The notes under the pieces: generated by a model | Told to the model about the DNA's origin: nothing | What the model saw: only the letters and a program-made list of their open reading frames with translations | The model's database searches: none | Origin: Gemmatimonadota bacterium | Lineage (GTDB): Bacteria > Gemmatimonadota > Gemmatimonadetes > Gemmatimonadales > GWC2-71-9 | DNA length: 64,000 bases | Assembly (NCBI GenBank): GCA_016874005.1 | Contig: VGVQ01000010.1 | Coordinates: 67,815-131,814, forward strand | Direction: 5' to 3' | Position numbers and translations under genes: made by a program | In this document: positions 8,631 through 17,782 of the stretch, piece after piece | Layout of the letters: every line of letters begins with the position of its first letter | How positions within the stretch are numbered: position 1 is the stretch's first letter

Positions 8631-9608
8631 ATACTGGCCGCGGTGTTCTGCCTCGCCATCGCGGGCTACCTCGCGATCCTGGCCGGCTACCAATGGTCGC
8701 GGCGGAGCACCCTCGAGCGATTGGCTCGGGGTGGCACCGTCCAAGCCACCGACCTGGGCCCGGTGGAGTTTGCCCGGCTCGGCGCGGGGCCGCCGGTGGT
8801 CGTGCTTCCCGGCTCGTTCGGCGGCTACGATCAGGCGCTCCGGCTCGGCCGCCCTCTTGCCGACCGAGGGTTGGCGGTCATCGCGGTGTCCCGGCCGGGA
8901 TACCTCGGAACGCCGCTGGCGACCGGGCGCGCCCCCGCTGACCAGGCCGCGGCGGTGACGACTCTGCTCGATTCGTTAGGCGTCCCTCGGGCCGCCATCC
9001 TCGGCATCTCCGGCGGCGGCCCCGCCGCGCTCGAGCTGGCGGCCGCCGCGCCCGGCCGGGTCGTCGCCCTGGTGCTGATCGCCGCGCTATCCGGACCGAA
9101 GGTCCAGCCCCCCACCCCACCGGCCGCCCCCGGCTGGAGAGACCGAGTGTTCGGGGAGGATTTCTCGGCGTGGTGGCAGCTGCGACAGTACCAGCGCTCC
9201 GGCACGGCCGTGCTCGAGGCGCCGATCTTCAGCCTGGATACCAAGGCCCGGTTGGCGGCCTCACCCGAGCTGCTCGCCGAGTACTTGGAGCTGGCCTGGT
9301 ATCGTTATCCGACCAAACTGAGATGGGATGGCTACCTCAACGACCGGGAGCAGTTCGGACGGTTCGCGTTCGACGCCTTCGAACGGATCGTCGCGCCGAC
9401 CCTGGTGATTCACGGCACGGCGGATCGCAACGCCCCGATCGAACACGGCGATCGCGCCGCCAGCCGAATCGCGGGGGCTCGCTACCTCAAGATCGAGGGC
9501 GGCGATCACTACATCGGAATCGCCAGAGCTAACGAGGTCTGGCATTCGGTCACGGCCTTCCTCACGGCACCGGTCGCCCAGGCTGCCGATTCAGTCCGCG
9601 CGCCGTGA
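8601..9608 (+). CDS. alpha/beta-fold hydrolase with N-terminal membrane anchor
   Basis: GTG start at 8601 (VTGRRRWTTRILAAVFCLAIAGYLAILAGY, a TM helix). It has a GISGGG nucleophile elbow (GxSxG) and an HG...D/H C-terminal region typical of the fold. The start is uncertain; the track ORF begins at 8505 inside the fragment gene. Confidence 0.8.
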   Translation: MTGRRRWTTRILAAVFCLAIAGYLAILAGYQWSRRSTLERLARGGTVQATDLGPVEFARLGAGPPVVVLPGSFGGYDQALRLGRPLADRGLAVIAVSRPGYLGTPLATGRAPADQAAAVTTLLDSLGVPRAAILGISGGGPAALELAAAAPGRVVALVLIAALSGPKVQPPTPPAAPGWRDRVFGEDFSAWWQLRQYQRSGTAVLEAPIFSLDTKARLAASPELLAEYLELAWYRYPTKLRWDGYLNDREQFGRFAFDAFERIVAPTLVIHGTADRNAPIEHGDRAASRIAGARYLKIEGGDHYIGIARANEVWHSVTAFLTAPVAQAADSVRAP

Positions 9609-11042
9609 CAGCCGGTTCGAGGTGTAGGCCAAATCGTACCGGCCGTCCGGACGGAGCTCCAGGAAATCGATGCTCTGTCGCTGCCCCAACTGGACCGCCT
9701 CGATCGAGGTGAGCTGGGTCGGTCCGGTCTGCTCCAGGGCAAACCGTGGTTGCCCGAGACCGTAGATCTCTCCGCCGTCAAAGTCCTCGGGAATCGCCAC
9801 GAGTTCGGCCGCGAACTTCCCGCCGTCGTGCCTCACCACCAGGATCTCCGACTTGCGGCGGTACTGGCCCACCACCGACTCCGGCGACAACGGTCGCCTC
9901 GGCTCCGCCGGCAACGGCGGCGAGGCCGGAGCCGGCGCCGGAACGACCTGGCCGAGGACCCGTTGCTGCAACTCGGCGTGGAACCCGTAGCTGTCGATGG
10001 CGTTGGCGAACGAGGCGAAGGCGAGTCGTCGCTCGGGATAGACCACCAGTTGGGCGATCCCGCCATTCGAGCCGCCACTGTGGGCCAATCGGAGATCGCG
10101 ACCCTGGCCCCGAAGGCCCCAACCGATCCCCGACGCGCCACCGCCGACCGGCCTCCCGATCGTGCGGGTCGCCATGGCGGCCGCGCTCTGGTCGGTGAGA
10201 ACGCGGCGGCCGCTCGGCCCGATCCCGCGCCCGATGTGCATCGCGGCGAATGACAGTTGGTCGGCCAACGTCGTGATCAAGGTGGAACCCGCCGGCGCCG
10301 CCGATTTGGGCAGCAAGAACTTCGGTGTGGCGCGCCGCCGACCGGGGATCGCCGGATCCGGAAGGCTCCCCACCGCGGTCCGATGGAGAATCGCCTCCTC
10401 GGGGGCCGTGACCGTCCGGTCGAGGCCCAGGGGCTCGACGACCCGTTCCCGCAGGAGCCGATCGAAGCTCCTGCCGGTCAGGAACTCGAGCAGATGCCCC
10501 GCCAGGATATAGGCACCGTTGCAGTACGACGAATAGGCGCCCGGCCGATGAATCTGGCCCACGCTCATCAGAATATCGGCGTAGCGGCGGTGCGCGGCTG
10601 GCCCGTCACCCAGCTCGAGCAGGAGATCGCCCGCGTCGAACCCACTGGCATGATTGAGGAGCTGCAACACGGTGACCGAACCGCCGGCCCACCGAAAATG
10701 CGGCAAGTACGTTTCGACGGGTCGGTCGAGGGCGAGGGTGCCGTCGTCGACGAACGTCATCACCAGCGTCGAGGTCCAGACTTTGGTGATCGATCCGGTC
10801 AGAAAACCGGTATCGACCGTCATCGGCACCCCGGTATTGAGGTTGGCCACGCCAGCCGCGGCCATCTCGGTCTTGCCGTCGCGCCAGACCGCCGCGAGGG
10901 CCCCCGGCATCCGGTGTTTTCGCACGAGCCCATCGAGCAAGGTCGCCAGCGGAACCGCGGGCGGGGTCGGGCGACCGGTGACCGGCAGCCAGGGCGCCGC
11001 GAGGCCGGCAGCCAGAACCTCGCGACGAGTCCACCCCGCCAT
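9591..11042 (-). CDS. S12/class-C-type beta-lactamase-fold serine hydrolase (D-aminopeptidase / DD-peptidase-like), Tat-like signal
   Basis: ATG at 11040-11042 gives MAGWTRREVLAAGLAAP (a T-R-R-x-V-L Tat-like motif). Serine-hydrolase motifs are SITK (SxxK), YCN (YxN) and HSGG (H/K-S/T-G), plus an extra C-terminal domain. The 380 codons upstream in the 863-aa track ORF are a shadow of the neighbouring gene. Confidence 0.85.
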   Translation of the reverse strand: MAGWTRREVLAAGLAAPWLPVTGRPTPPAVPLATLLDGLVRKHRMPGALAAVWRDGKTEMAAAGVANLNTGVPMTVDTGFLTGSITKVWTSTLVMTFVDDGTLALDRPVETYLPHFRWAGGSVTVLQLLNHASGFDAGDLLLELGDGPAAHRRYADILMSVGQIHRPGAYSSYCNGAYILAGHLLEFLTGRSFDRLLRERVVEPLGLDRTVTAPEEAILHRTAVGSLPDPAIPGRRRATPKFLLPKSAAPAGSTLITTLADQLSFAAMHIGRGIGPSGRRVLTDQSAAAMATRTIGRPVGGGASGIGWGLRGQGRDLRLAHSGGSNGGIAQLVVYPERRLAFASFANAIDSYGFHAELQQRVLGQVVPAPAPASPPLPAEPRRPLSPESVVGQYRRKSEILVVRHDGGKFAAELVAIPEDFDGGEIYGLGQPRFALEQTGPTQLTSIEAVQLGQRQSIDFLELRPDGRYDLAYTSNRLSRRAD

Positions 11043-11044
11043 GG

Positions 11045-12028
11045 TCACTTCCAGTCCTTGGTGAGTCGCTCGGCGATCCGGCCGATCGTCGATTCGAGCT
11101 CGAAGAAGTCGCCGGTGCTCTGGCCGGTGAAGACCGAGACCACGGTCGGACCTCCCTGGTAGAAGAGGATCCCGACGTCGTTCCCCGCGAACGGCGGCCA
11201 GTCGCCGGTCTTGTGAGCGACCTCCACCGGGGCGCGGAACTGGAGCATCCGGGGGAGCCGGGAGCTGTAGAACTGGCGCCGCAGCATCCCGACCATCTGG
11301 TCGCTCGACTCCTTGCTCGCGAACTTGGCGTTCAGGATGTCCTCGAGCATCCGCGACATTTCCCGGGCCGTCGTCACCCCGAGCCACAGGGTCGAGTCGC
11401 CCTCGATCTTGAACCCGAGATCGGGGCCGGAGTTCGAGCCGGACGGGAAGCCTCGTTCGAACACCTGCCGATCGGTCATCGAGAGGTTGGCCGAATCGGC
11501 CGCGACCCACACGGCCTTGAAGAGATCCGCCGTCCGCCAGTTGAGCCGGGTCACCTGATAACCGAACTGGGCCAGCATCTCGTTGACCCGTTCCCGACCG
11601 ACGGTCTTGATCAGGATGTCGGTGGCGGTATTGTCGCTCGTGATGATCATCTGCTCGACCAAGTCGCGATAACTCGGGGCCAGGCCAACGTCGAAGGTTT
11701 GAATCAGGCCGCTGCCCCGGCGGAGGTCTTCGGGCCGGATCTGGTACCGGTCGGTCAGCTTGAGCCGACCAGCCTCGGCGTCGCGGAAGGCCTGGATCAT
11801 GATCGGGATCTTGATGACGCTCAGGGTGTTCATCGGCTGGTCGGCCCGAATCTCCACCGTCTTCCCCGACGGGAGGTGCTTCGCGTACATCGACGACCGG
11901 GCGGTGAGAGCTCCGAGCTGGTCGGTGAAGTCGGTGACCAGGTCCTTGGGGGTGGCGGCCGGCTGCGATGGCTTGGCACACCCGGCCAGCGATGCCGTGG
12001 CGAGGCCCGCGGCGAAGGCGAGGCGCAT
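11045..12028 (-). CDS. class-A beta-lactamase-fold serine hydrolase, lipoprotein
   Basis: ATG at 12026-12028 gives MRLAFAAGLATASLAGCAK (lipobox). Motifs present are SVIK (SxxK), SDN and KTG. Its stop lies 2 nt from the start of the S12 gene. Confidence 0.85.
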   Translation of the reverse strand: MRLAFAAGLATASLAGCAKPSQPAATPKDLVTDFTDQLGALTARSSMYAKHLPSGKTVEIRADQPMNTLSVIKIPIMIQAFRDAEAGRLKLTDRYQIRPEDLRRGSGLIQTFDVGLAPSYRDLVEQMIITSDNTATDILIKTVGRERVNEMLAQFGYQVTRLNWRTADLFKAVWVAADSANLSMTDRQVFERGFPSGSNSGPDLGFKIEGDSTLWLGVTTAREMSRMLEDILNAKFASKESSDQMVGMLRRQFYSSRLPRMLQFRAPVEVAHKTGDWPPFAGNDVGILFYQGGPTVVSVFTGQSTGDFFELESTIGRIAERLTKDWK

Positions 12029-12180
12029 GCTGTTCTCCGAAACGGATTGGGATCGAGAATCTCCACGCCAGGGAACCGAACCGCAACCGGAGGTCGTCCG
12101 CCCCCGACCGACCATCGCCAACGCCGGCTGGCGACCGGCCCGGAGCGCGTCTACCTTCCCGACTCGAACGAGAGGAGAAC

Positions 12181-12780
12181 ATGAAGAGCCACCTCCCCGC
12201 TCTGTTGCTGGCCGGTAGCCTCGCGGCAGCCCCCGCCCTGTCCGCTCAGCCAGCCCTCGGTCCCAAGGATCCTGGCCCCTATCCGGCAACCGACACCAGC
12301 CGGGTGGCTGTCGCGACCCAAGCCCCGGATTTCACTCTCGAGTCGCTCGACGGGTCCCCGGTTTCGCTGTCCTCCTTCCGCGGCTCGCACGACGTGATCC
12401 TGGTGTTCTACCGAGGCCACTGGTGACCATGGTGCGCCGGGCAGCTCGGTGAGCTGCGTGACTTGTTGACGCCGTCGGAGCGGGCCACCACCGCGATCCT
12501 TGCCATCGCCGTCGATGGCCGGAAGGAACTCCAACTGATGGTCGATCGGATCGCCGCGACGGACGGCCGCCGCCCCACCGAGATCACCTTCCTCTCGGAC
12601 CCGGGTCACCGGGTGATCGATCGCTACGGTCTCCTCAATCCCTCCGGCCGAGGTTGGCCTCATCCGACCACCTACCTGATCGACCGTTCGGGAACCGTCC
12701 GGTGGAAGTTCACCGAGGTGAACTACAAGATCCGGCCAACCAACGAGGCCATCCTCGGGGCCCTCCGCCAGATCCGCTGA
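12181..12780 (+). CDS. secreted AhpC/TSA (PRX-like, CxxC) redoxin with in-frame TGA at codon 82: candidate selenoprotein (UxxC), or otherwise a pseudogene
   Basis: Two track ORFs (ending 12426; 12463-12780) lie in the same frame. Read through, they give ...APDFTLESLDGSPVSLSSFRGSHDVILVFYRGHW[TGA]PWCAGQLGELRDLL...WPHPTTYLIDRSGTVRWKF. This family normally carries FYRG.WCP.C..QL, so the TGA falls on the first Cys of CxxC. Thioredoxin-fold conservation continues after the TGA. The signal peptide is MKSHLPALLLAGSLAAAPALSAQ. Confidence 0.65.
12441..12457 (+). promoter_or_regulatory. SECIS-like hairpin downstream of the in-frame UGA
   Basis: GCAGCTC-GGT-GAGCTGC is a perfect 7-bp stem with loop GGU (or a 6-bp stem with loop CGGUG). 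It begins 15 nt after the TGA at 12424-12426. The apical G/U and the spacing fit the general bacterial SECIS description. Confidence 0.5.
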
Positions 12781-12962
12781 CCCCCTTGCTTTCCCCCGCG
12801 ATCTCGGCATTTCCGCCGTGGCAGGCCGCCGCCTCGGCCCGGTCTGAGCTGCCAAGCTAAAGCAATACAACGAGTTAGTCGCTGCCTGACGGGGCACGAA
12901 ATTCGCCGGCTCGGGGCCAGCGGGCCACTGAATTTCCAGGGAGGGCGGGTCAGGAAACCGTC

Positions 12963-14981
12963 GTGAACCAGGCCGTGTTTTCTCTGCTCCTCGTTGCCGT
13001 CGGCGGGCTCCTCTACGCCGCGATGGCGGTAGCGTTGCTCCGCAACCGCACCCTGGTCGGTGCTCGGCTGGCGGGCTTCGCCGCGGCCACCGCCGCCGGC
13101 TACATCGTCACCAGCCAGATCGTCCCCACCGCCCGCAACCCGCTCGAACAGTACCTCGCGATCAGTGCCTTCTACACGACCGCGGCGCTGATCGTCCCCG
13201 CGGTCGTCGCGTTCGTGCTCTACGCCGGCCAATCCTGGACTCCCTCGACGGCCGGTTGGCTGGTGCTGCTGGCGATCCCGCTGGTCACCATCGCCTTGGT
13301 CTGGACCAACCCCATCCACGAGTTGATGTGGGCCGAGCCGCCGACCGGCCCGACCGGGCGTCTCCGGTTCGTCCCTCGATTCGGATGGTGGGCCACCTGG
13401 GTGTACCTCCCGGCGCAGTGGGGTGGCTTGGCGGCCGCGGTCGGGGTATTGGCCCGGTCTTGCGCGCGGCCGTTAGGCGAGCTCGGTTCCCGGTCGCGGT
13501 TGACCCGGGTCGAATCGGCCATCACCCTGCTGGCGGTACTGGCGCCCTTCCTGGTGAACGTCTACGCGGTCGCCATCGCGCCGAATCCCGCGAGCGATCA
13601 GTCCCGCACCGCGGTCACCTTGGCGATCTCGAGCCTGGTGCTCCTGGCGATCTTCCTCCGGCTCGAAATCATCGGGCTCGAACGGGTCGCCTACAGCTCG
13701 GTGGTGCGGGCCTCCAAGGACGGCTTCCTGCTGATGGACGCCCGTGACACCGTCGTGAGGCTCAACCAAGCCGCCACCAGACTGCTCACCTTCCCGGCGA
13801 CCGGGGCGCTGGGCCAGACCCTCGACGCCATCCTGGTGGGTGCACCACAGTTGCGGTCGTTGGCGATGCGCTCGGGCGAGGTGCATGAGGAAGTGGCCGT
13901 CGACGGCGATCGGCACCGGTCGGTGAGTTTCCAGCCCCTCTACTCTCGGAGCGGCGAGTATCGGGGTCGCACCCTGACGATTCGCGACATCACCGAGCGG
14001 CGCCAATCGGAGCTGGCGCTGCGGGAATCGGAGACCCTGCTTCGGAGCATCGTCGAGCACTCGCCCAACGGCGTCATCCGACTCCGACCCCTGTTCAGCG
14101 CCTCGTCGACATCGCTCGACTTCGAATGCACCTTCGCCAATCCCGCCGCCGGATACTATCTCGGCATCGATCACAAGGACCTGGTCGGGAAGGCCGTGTC
14201 GGAGACCGTGCCGGTCATGGCGCCGACGCTGCTCCCGAACCTGCTCGACGCCTTGCGCCAGGGAATCACCAATACCTTCGACATTCCGGTGCCGATCGGG
14301 GCGGGCAATCTTTGGTTCCGGGTCATCGCCAGTCCCGTTGGAGATGACCTCTCGGTCACCATCATCGACGTCACCGACGAGCGGCTCCGCCGGCTCGAAG
14401 CGGAGGGCGCCGCGAGCGAGGATCCGCTGACCGGATTGCTCAATCGGCGTGGTCTCGAGACCGCCGTCCAACGGCTCCCGGTCGATCAGAGCCGGCGCGC
14501 GATACCGGCCCATGCCCTGCTCTTCATCGACCTCGACCGGTTCAAGGAAATCAACGACCAGTTCGGACACACGGCTGGCGACCACGTCTTGCGAGAGTTT
14601 GCCCACCGCCTCCGGGCCGCCGTGCGGGAGACCGATGTGGTGGCCCGAGTCGGCGGCGACGAGTTCGTGGTCATCCTGATCAACACCGACCCCGAGGCGA
14701 GCGGGGCCTTGGCCGATCGAATTTTGGGCGAGGCCCGGCGGCCCTATCGGGTTCCGGGGGGCACCGCCAGCTGCGGCGCCAGCATCGGGATCGCCCGGTT
14801 GCCGCGCCAAGGCCAGCTGCTCACCACGGTGCTCCAGTCGGCAGATGCCGCGATGTACCACGCCAAGACCGCGGGCGGTGGGGTCCGGGTCGCTGGGTCG
14901 GCGTCGATGGCCCCGGGCGGGTCGGCGGGCCCTACCCCGGCGGTACCGCCGCGGTCGCCGGAAGCTCCAATCCATCGCTGA
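12963..14981 (+). CDS. multi-pass membrane sensor - PAS - GGDEF diguanylate cyclase
   Basis: GTG start. The N-terminal ~230 aa hold 6-7 hydrophobic helices. PAS-like segments follow (ERRQSELALRESETLLRSIVEHSPNG). The C-terminal GGDEF domain reads RVGGDEFVV, with an RETD (RxxD I-site) 5 residues upstream. Confidence 0.9.
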   Translation: MNQAVFSLLLVAVGGLLYAAMAVALLRNRTLVGARLAGFAAATAAGYIVTSQIVPTARNPLEQYLAISAFYTTAALIVPAVVAFVLYAGQSWTPSTAGWLVLLAIPLVTIALVWTNPIHELMWAEPPTGPTGRLRFVPRFGWWATWVYLPAQWGGLAAAVGVLARSCARPLGELGSRSRLTRVESAITLLAVLAPFLVNVYAVAIAPNPASDQSRTAVTLAISSLVLLAIFLRLEIIGLERVAYSSVVRASKDGFLLMDARDTVVRLNQAATRLLTFPATGALGQTLDAILVGAPQLRSLAMRSGEVHEEVAVDGDRHRSVSFQPLYSRSGEYRGRTLTIRDITERRQSELALRESETLLRSIVEHSPNGVIRLRPLFSASSTSLDFECTFANPAAGYYLGIDHKDLVGKAVSETVPVMAPTLLPNLLDALRQGITNTFDIPVPIGAGNLWFRVIASPVGDDLSVTIIDVTDERLRRLEAEGAASEDPLTGLLNRRGLETAVQRLPVDQSRRAIPAHALLFIDLDRFKEINDQFGHTAGDHVLREFAHRLRAAVRETDVVARVGGDEFVVILINTDPEASGALADRILGEARRPYRVPGGTASCGASIGIARLPRQGQLLTTVLQSADAAMYHAKTAGGGVRVAGSASMAPGGSAGPTPAVPPRSPEAPIHR

Positions 14982-16050
14982 CCAGCTCCCAGTACTCGAC
15001 CGCTTCGGGTTGTTTGGTGAACTCGAGGAACCGGCCGAAGGTCTGCAGGCCCGGGGCGCTGAAATGTCCCGGCGCGATCGCGATCTGGGCCCCGCCCCAG
15101 CGTCCGAAACCGCTCCGAATCAAGACGGCATTCGGCGCCGCGGGCAATGACCGGACGTTCCCGACGAACGCCGGGAAGACCCCCGACCGGAACAGGTACG
15201 ACTCCACGTTCGAGAGATAGAACGCCGAGACTTCCAGTCGCTGCTCCTTGAGGTAGGCCGCGATCGCCGGCATCGCGCCGCTGCCGGCCAGATCGCCAAC
15301 CACCGGAACGATTTTGTCCGCCCGCTGGAGGTCGCGAATGGTCCGCCAGCGATCTTCGCTCGACAGATAACTCGCCGCGGCGCCCTCGAGGTCGGTCTCG
15401 AGATAGAGCCGCCGGTTGGTGGGGAACATCAGCCGAGGCCCCCGACCACGGGTCGAGTATCGGACATCGAGGCCGGTGGAGGCGAACTCGTCGTGGAATC
15501 GCCGGAGGGTGGCCCGGTCGACCTCGTTCAGCGGGACGCCATAGCCCTCGACCAGGCCCATCAGCCGGCGGTGCTGCCGATCGTGCAGGGTCGAATCGGG
15601 AAGCCGGCCGTCCAGGTACTCGAGCAACGACTCGAGCGGAAGGTCGGTCCACATCACCAGGTCGGGCGGCGCCGGCCGACCATACAACAGCGACAGATAC
15701 TCCATCCGGTTACGGGCGATCCCGAACATCGCCTTGATCAGCAGGTGGAACAGCAGGTTGTCGCGCCGGATGTCGACCACCAACGCCAAGGTCGGCTTGA
15801 TCGCGGCCATGTACGAGAAACCCTGCTCGGGCCCGACGCCGAGATACACCCCTCCCGAGACGCCCAGCCGGCGCATGGCGCCCAGGACATGGAGGTACGA
15901 CGTCTCGTTGGACACCAGGTTGTCGCTCGGAAAGAAACCGCCCGGCTCGGAGAGCCGCTCCACCAACTGGGCGAACGGCGGTTTGACCTGCGCCGGGGCC
16001 GTCCCGACCGCCACCCCCGCCAACAGCGCGATGATCCGAAGCAATCTCAC
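14932..16050 (-). CDS. conserved hypothetical secreted protein
   Basis: 372-aa ORF with a GTG start and the signal peptide MRLLRIIALLAGVAVGTAPAQ. The sequence is globular-looking throughout. No family recognised with confidence. It is the last gene of a same-strand run: S9 peptidase, small ORF, symporter, this gene. Confidence 0.7.
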   Translation of the reverse strand: MRLLRIIALLAGVAVGTAPAQVKPPFAQLVERLSEPGGFFPSDNLVSNETSYLHVLGAMRRLGVSGGVYLGVGPEQGFSYMAAIKPTLALVVDIRRDNLLFHLLIKAMFGIARNRMEYLSLLYGRPAPPDLVMWTDLPLESLLEYLDGRLPDSTLHDRQHRRLMGLVEGYGVPLNEVDRATLRRFHDEFASTGLDVRYSTRGRGPRLMFPTNRRLYLETDLEGAAASYLSSEDRWRTIRDLQRADKIVPVVGDLAGSGAMPAIAAYLKEQRLEVSAFYLSNVESYLFRSGVFPAFVGNVRSLPAAPNAVLIRSGFGRWGGAQIAIAPGHFSAPGLQTFGRFLEFTKQPEAVEYWELVSDGLELPATAAVPPG

Positions 16051-16096
16051 CGCCCCTCCGTTGCTGATGCCGCTTCCTCCCGAGTCGACCGCGAGA

Positions 16097-17776
16097 CTAG
16101 CCGGTCCGTCGCGGCCGCCGGATCGCGCTGACGAGCATCCCGACGAACACTACGGTAAGCGCCCCGATCACGTTGTGCCACAGGAACGAGACCGCGGGCA
16201 TCCCGAACGACACGGCCGCGACCATCGACATCCCGGCGATCAGGCCGATCACCGCGCCGCTGGCGGTCGCGCCCCGAAGCATGGCGAGAAGGAAGACACC
16301 AAGAATCGAACCATAGAAGAACGACCCGAATCGATTCACCACCTCGATCAGGGACCCGAGGTCGGCCGCGAACGTCGCCACGACGCAGGCGAACACCCCC
16401 CAGGCGGCGGTCGCGGCCTTCGAGACGAACAGGTAATGGGAGTCGGTCCCCACCGGCCGGAGCCACCGGCGATAGAAGTCGATCACCGTCGCGGTCGAGA
16501 GCGAGTTCAGCTCGGCCGCGATGCTCGACATCGCCGCGGCCATGATCGCCGCGAGGAAGATCCCGGCCAGGCCGAGCGGCAGCTCGTCGAGCACGAACCG
16601 CGGCATGATGTAGTTGACGTCCCGGGCCGGTCCCGACGCCCCGCCCGCGAGCGCGAGTGCCTCCAGGCGGACCCCCGAGGTGGCCGCGTCCGCCGCTTGG
16701 AACTGGCCCTTGGCCGCTTCGACCTGGGCGACGTCTCCCGCGGCCCGGGCCCGGGCAATCCCCTGGGCGGCGGTGCGCCGCTCCGCCAAGGCGGCTTCAT
16801 ACCGCCGCTCCAGCGCGCTGAACGCCGCCGGATCGCCGCGGCGAGCCTCGGCGGCTTGGGCCGGGTTGTAGAGGAGGGGGGGCGCCTTGAACAGATAGAA
16901 CACGAAGACCAAGACCCCGATCAAGAGCACCAGGGCTTGAAGGGGGATCTTCCAGTAGGCGCTCATCAGCAGCGAGCTTCGGGCCTCGGCGACCGATTTG
17001 GCCGTCAGATAGCGCTGCACTTGGCTCTGATCGGTCCCGAAGTAGGAGAGCATCAGGAAGGTGCCGCCGATCACCCCCGACCAGAAGGTATAGGTCTCAT
17101 TGGGCGTGAATCGGAAGTCGAAGGTGTCGAGCCGCCCAACCGAGCCAGCGACCGCCAGCGCATCGGCGGGGCCCACCGGCAGCTTCACCAGCAACACCAC
17201 CACGACCGCGACCAGCGCGAAGACGATCAGGATCATCTGCTTGACGTCGGCCCAGGTGACGGCCTGCACTCCACCCAGCATGGTGTAGATGACCGTCGGT
17301 ATCCCGATCAGCGCCACCGACCAGATCACGTCCCACCCGAAGATCGCGGAGAACACCACCGCTGGAGCGGCGATGATCGTCCCGCACGACATCCCGCGAG
17401 AGAGCAGGAAAAGCAGACTGGTGAGCGAGCGGGTCTTGGCGTCGAACCGGCGTTCGAGGTACTCGTAGGCGGTGAACACCTTGGCCCGGTGCAGAAACGG
17501 GACCAAGGTCACCCCGAGAATCACCATCGCGAGCGGCAACCCGAAGTAAAACTGGACGAAGCGGAGGCCGTCGGTGGCTCCCTGACCGGTGGTCCCGATC
17601 ATCGTCACCGCCGAGAGCTGGGTGGCCATCACGCTCAAACCGACGGCCCACCACGGCAAGCTCCGGTTGGCGAGGAAGTACCCCTCGATCTCGGTGGTGC
17701 CCTTGGCGCGCCGGAGTCCGTCGACCACGACATACACCAGGTACCCGGCGACGATCAGCCAATTGACCGGATGCAT
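16097..17776 (-). CDS. sodium:solute symporter (SSS) family transporter
   Basis: 559-aa polytopic membrane protein. The N-terminus MHPVNWLIVAGYLVYVVVDGLRRAKGTTEIEGYFLANRSLPWW is typical of the SSS family (GYFLAxRxxxWW). Confidence 0.9.
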   Translation of the reverse strand: MHPVNWLIVAGYLVYVVVDGLRRAKGTTEIEGYFLANRSLPWWAVGLSVMATQLSAVTMIGTTGQGATDGLRFVQFYFGLPLAMVILGVTLVPFLHRAKVFTAYEYLERRFDAKTRSLTSLLFLLSRGMSCGTIIAAPAVVFSAIFGWDVIWSVALIGIPTVIYTMLGGVQAVTWADVKQMILIVFALVAVVVVLLVKLPVGPADALAVAGSVGRLDTFDFRFTPNETYTFWSGVIGGTFLMLSYFGTDQSQVQRYLTAKSVAEARSSLLMSAYWKIPLQALVLLIGVLVFVFYLFKAPPLLYNPAQAAEARRGDPAAFSALERRYEAALAERRTAAQGIARARAAGDVAQVEAAKGQFQAADAATSGVRLEALALAGGASGPARDVNYIMPRFVLDELPLGLAGIFLAAIMAAAMSSIAAELNSLSTATVIDFYRRWLRPVGTDSHYLFVSKAATAAWGVFACVVATFAADLGSLIEVVNRFGSFFYGSILGVFLLAMLRGATASGAVIGLIAGMSMVAAVSFGMPAVSFLWHNVIGALTVVFVGMLVSAIRRPRRTG

Positions 17777-17782
17777 CCGCGG

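Noticed and set aside
9591-12182. Single 863-aa ORF spanning both beta-lactamase-fold genes.
   Set aside because: Its N-terminal 380 residues are junk lying in an alternate frame of the class-A gene (11045-12028). A proper Tat-like start (MAGWTRREVL) occurs at 11042.
12151-12897. 248-aa minus-strand ORF covering the TGA-interrupted redoxin locus.
   Set aside because: It is not protein-like (R/G/P-rich) and is antisense to a gene with clear thioredoxin-fold motifs. It does not explain the in-frame stop.
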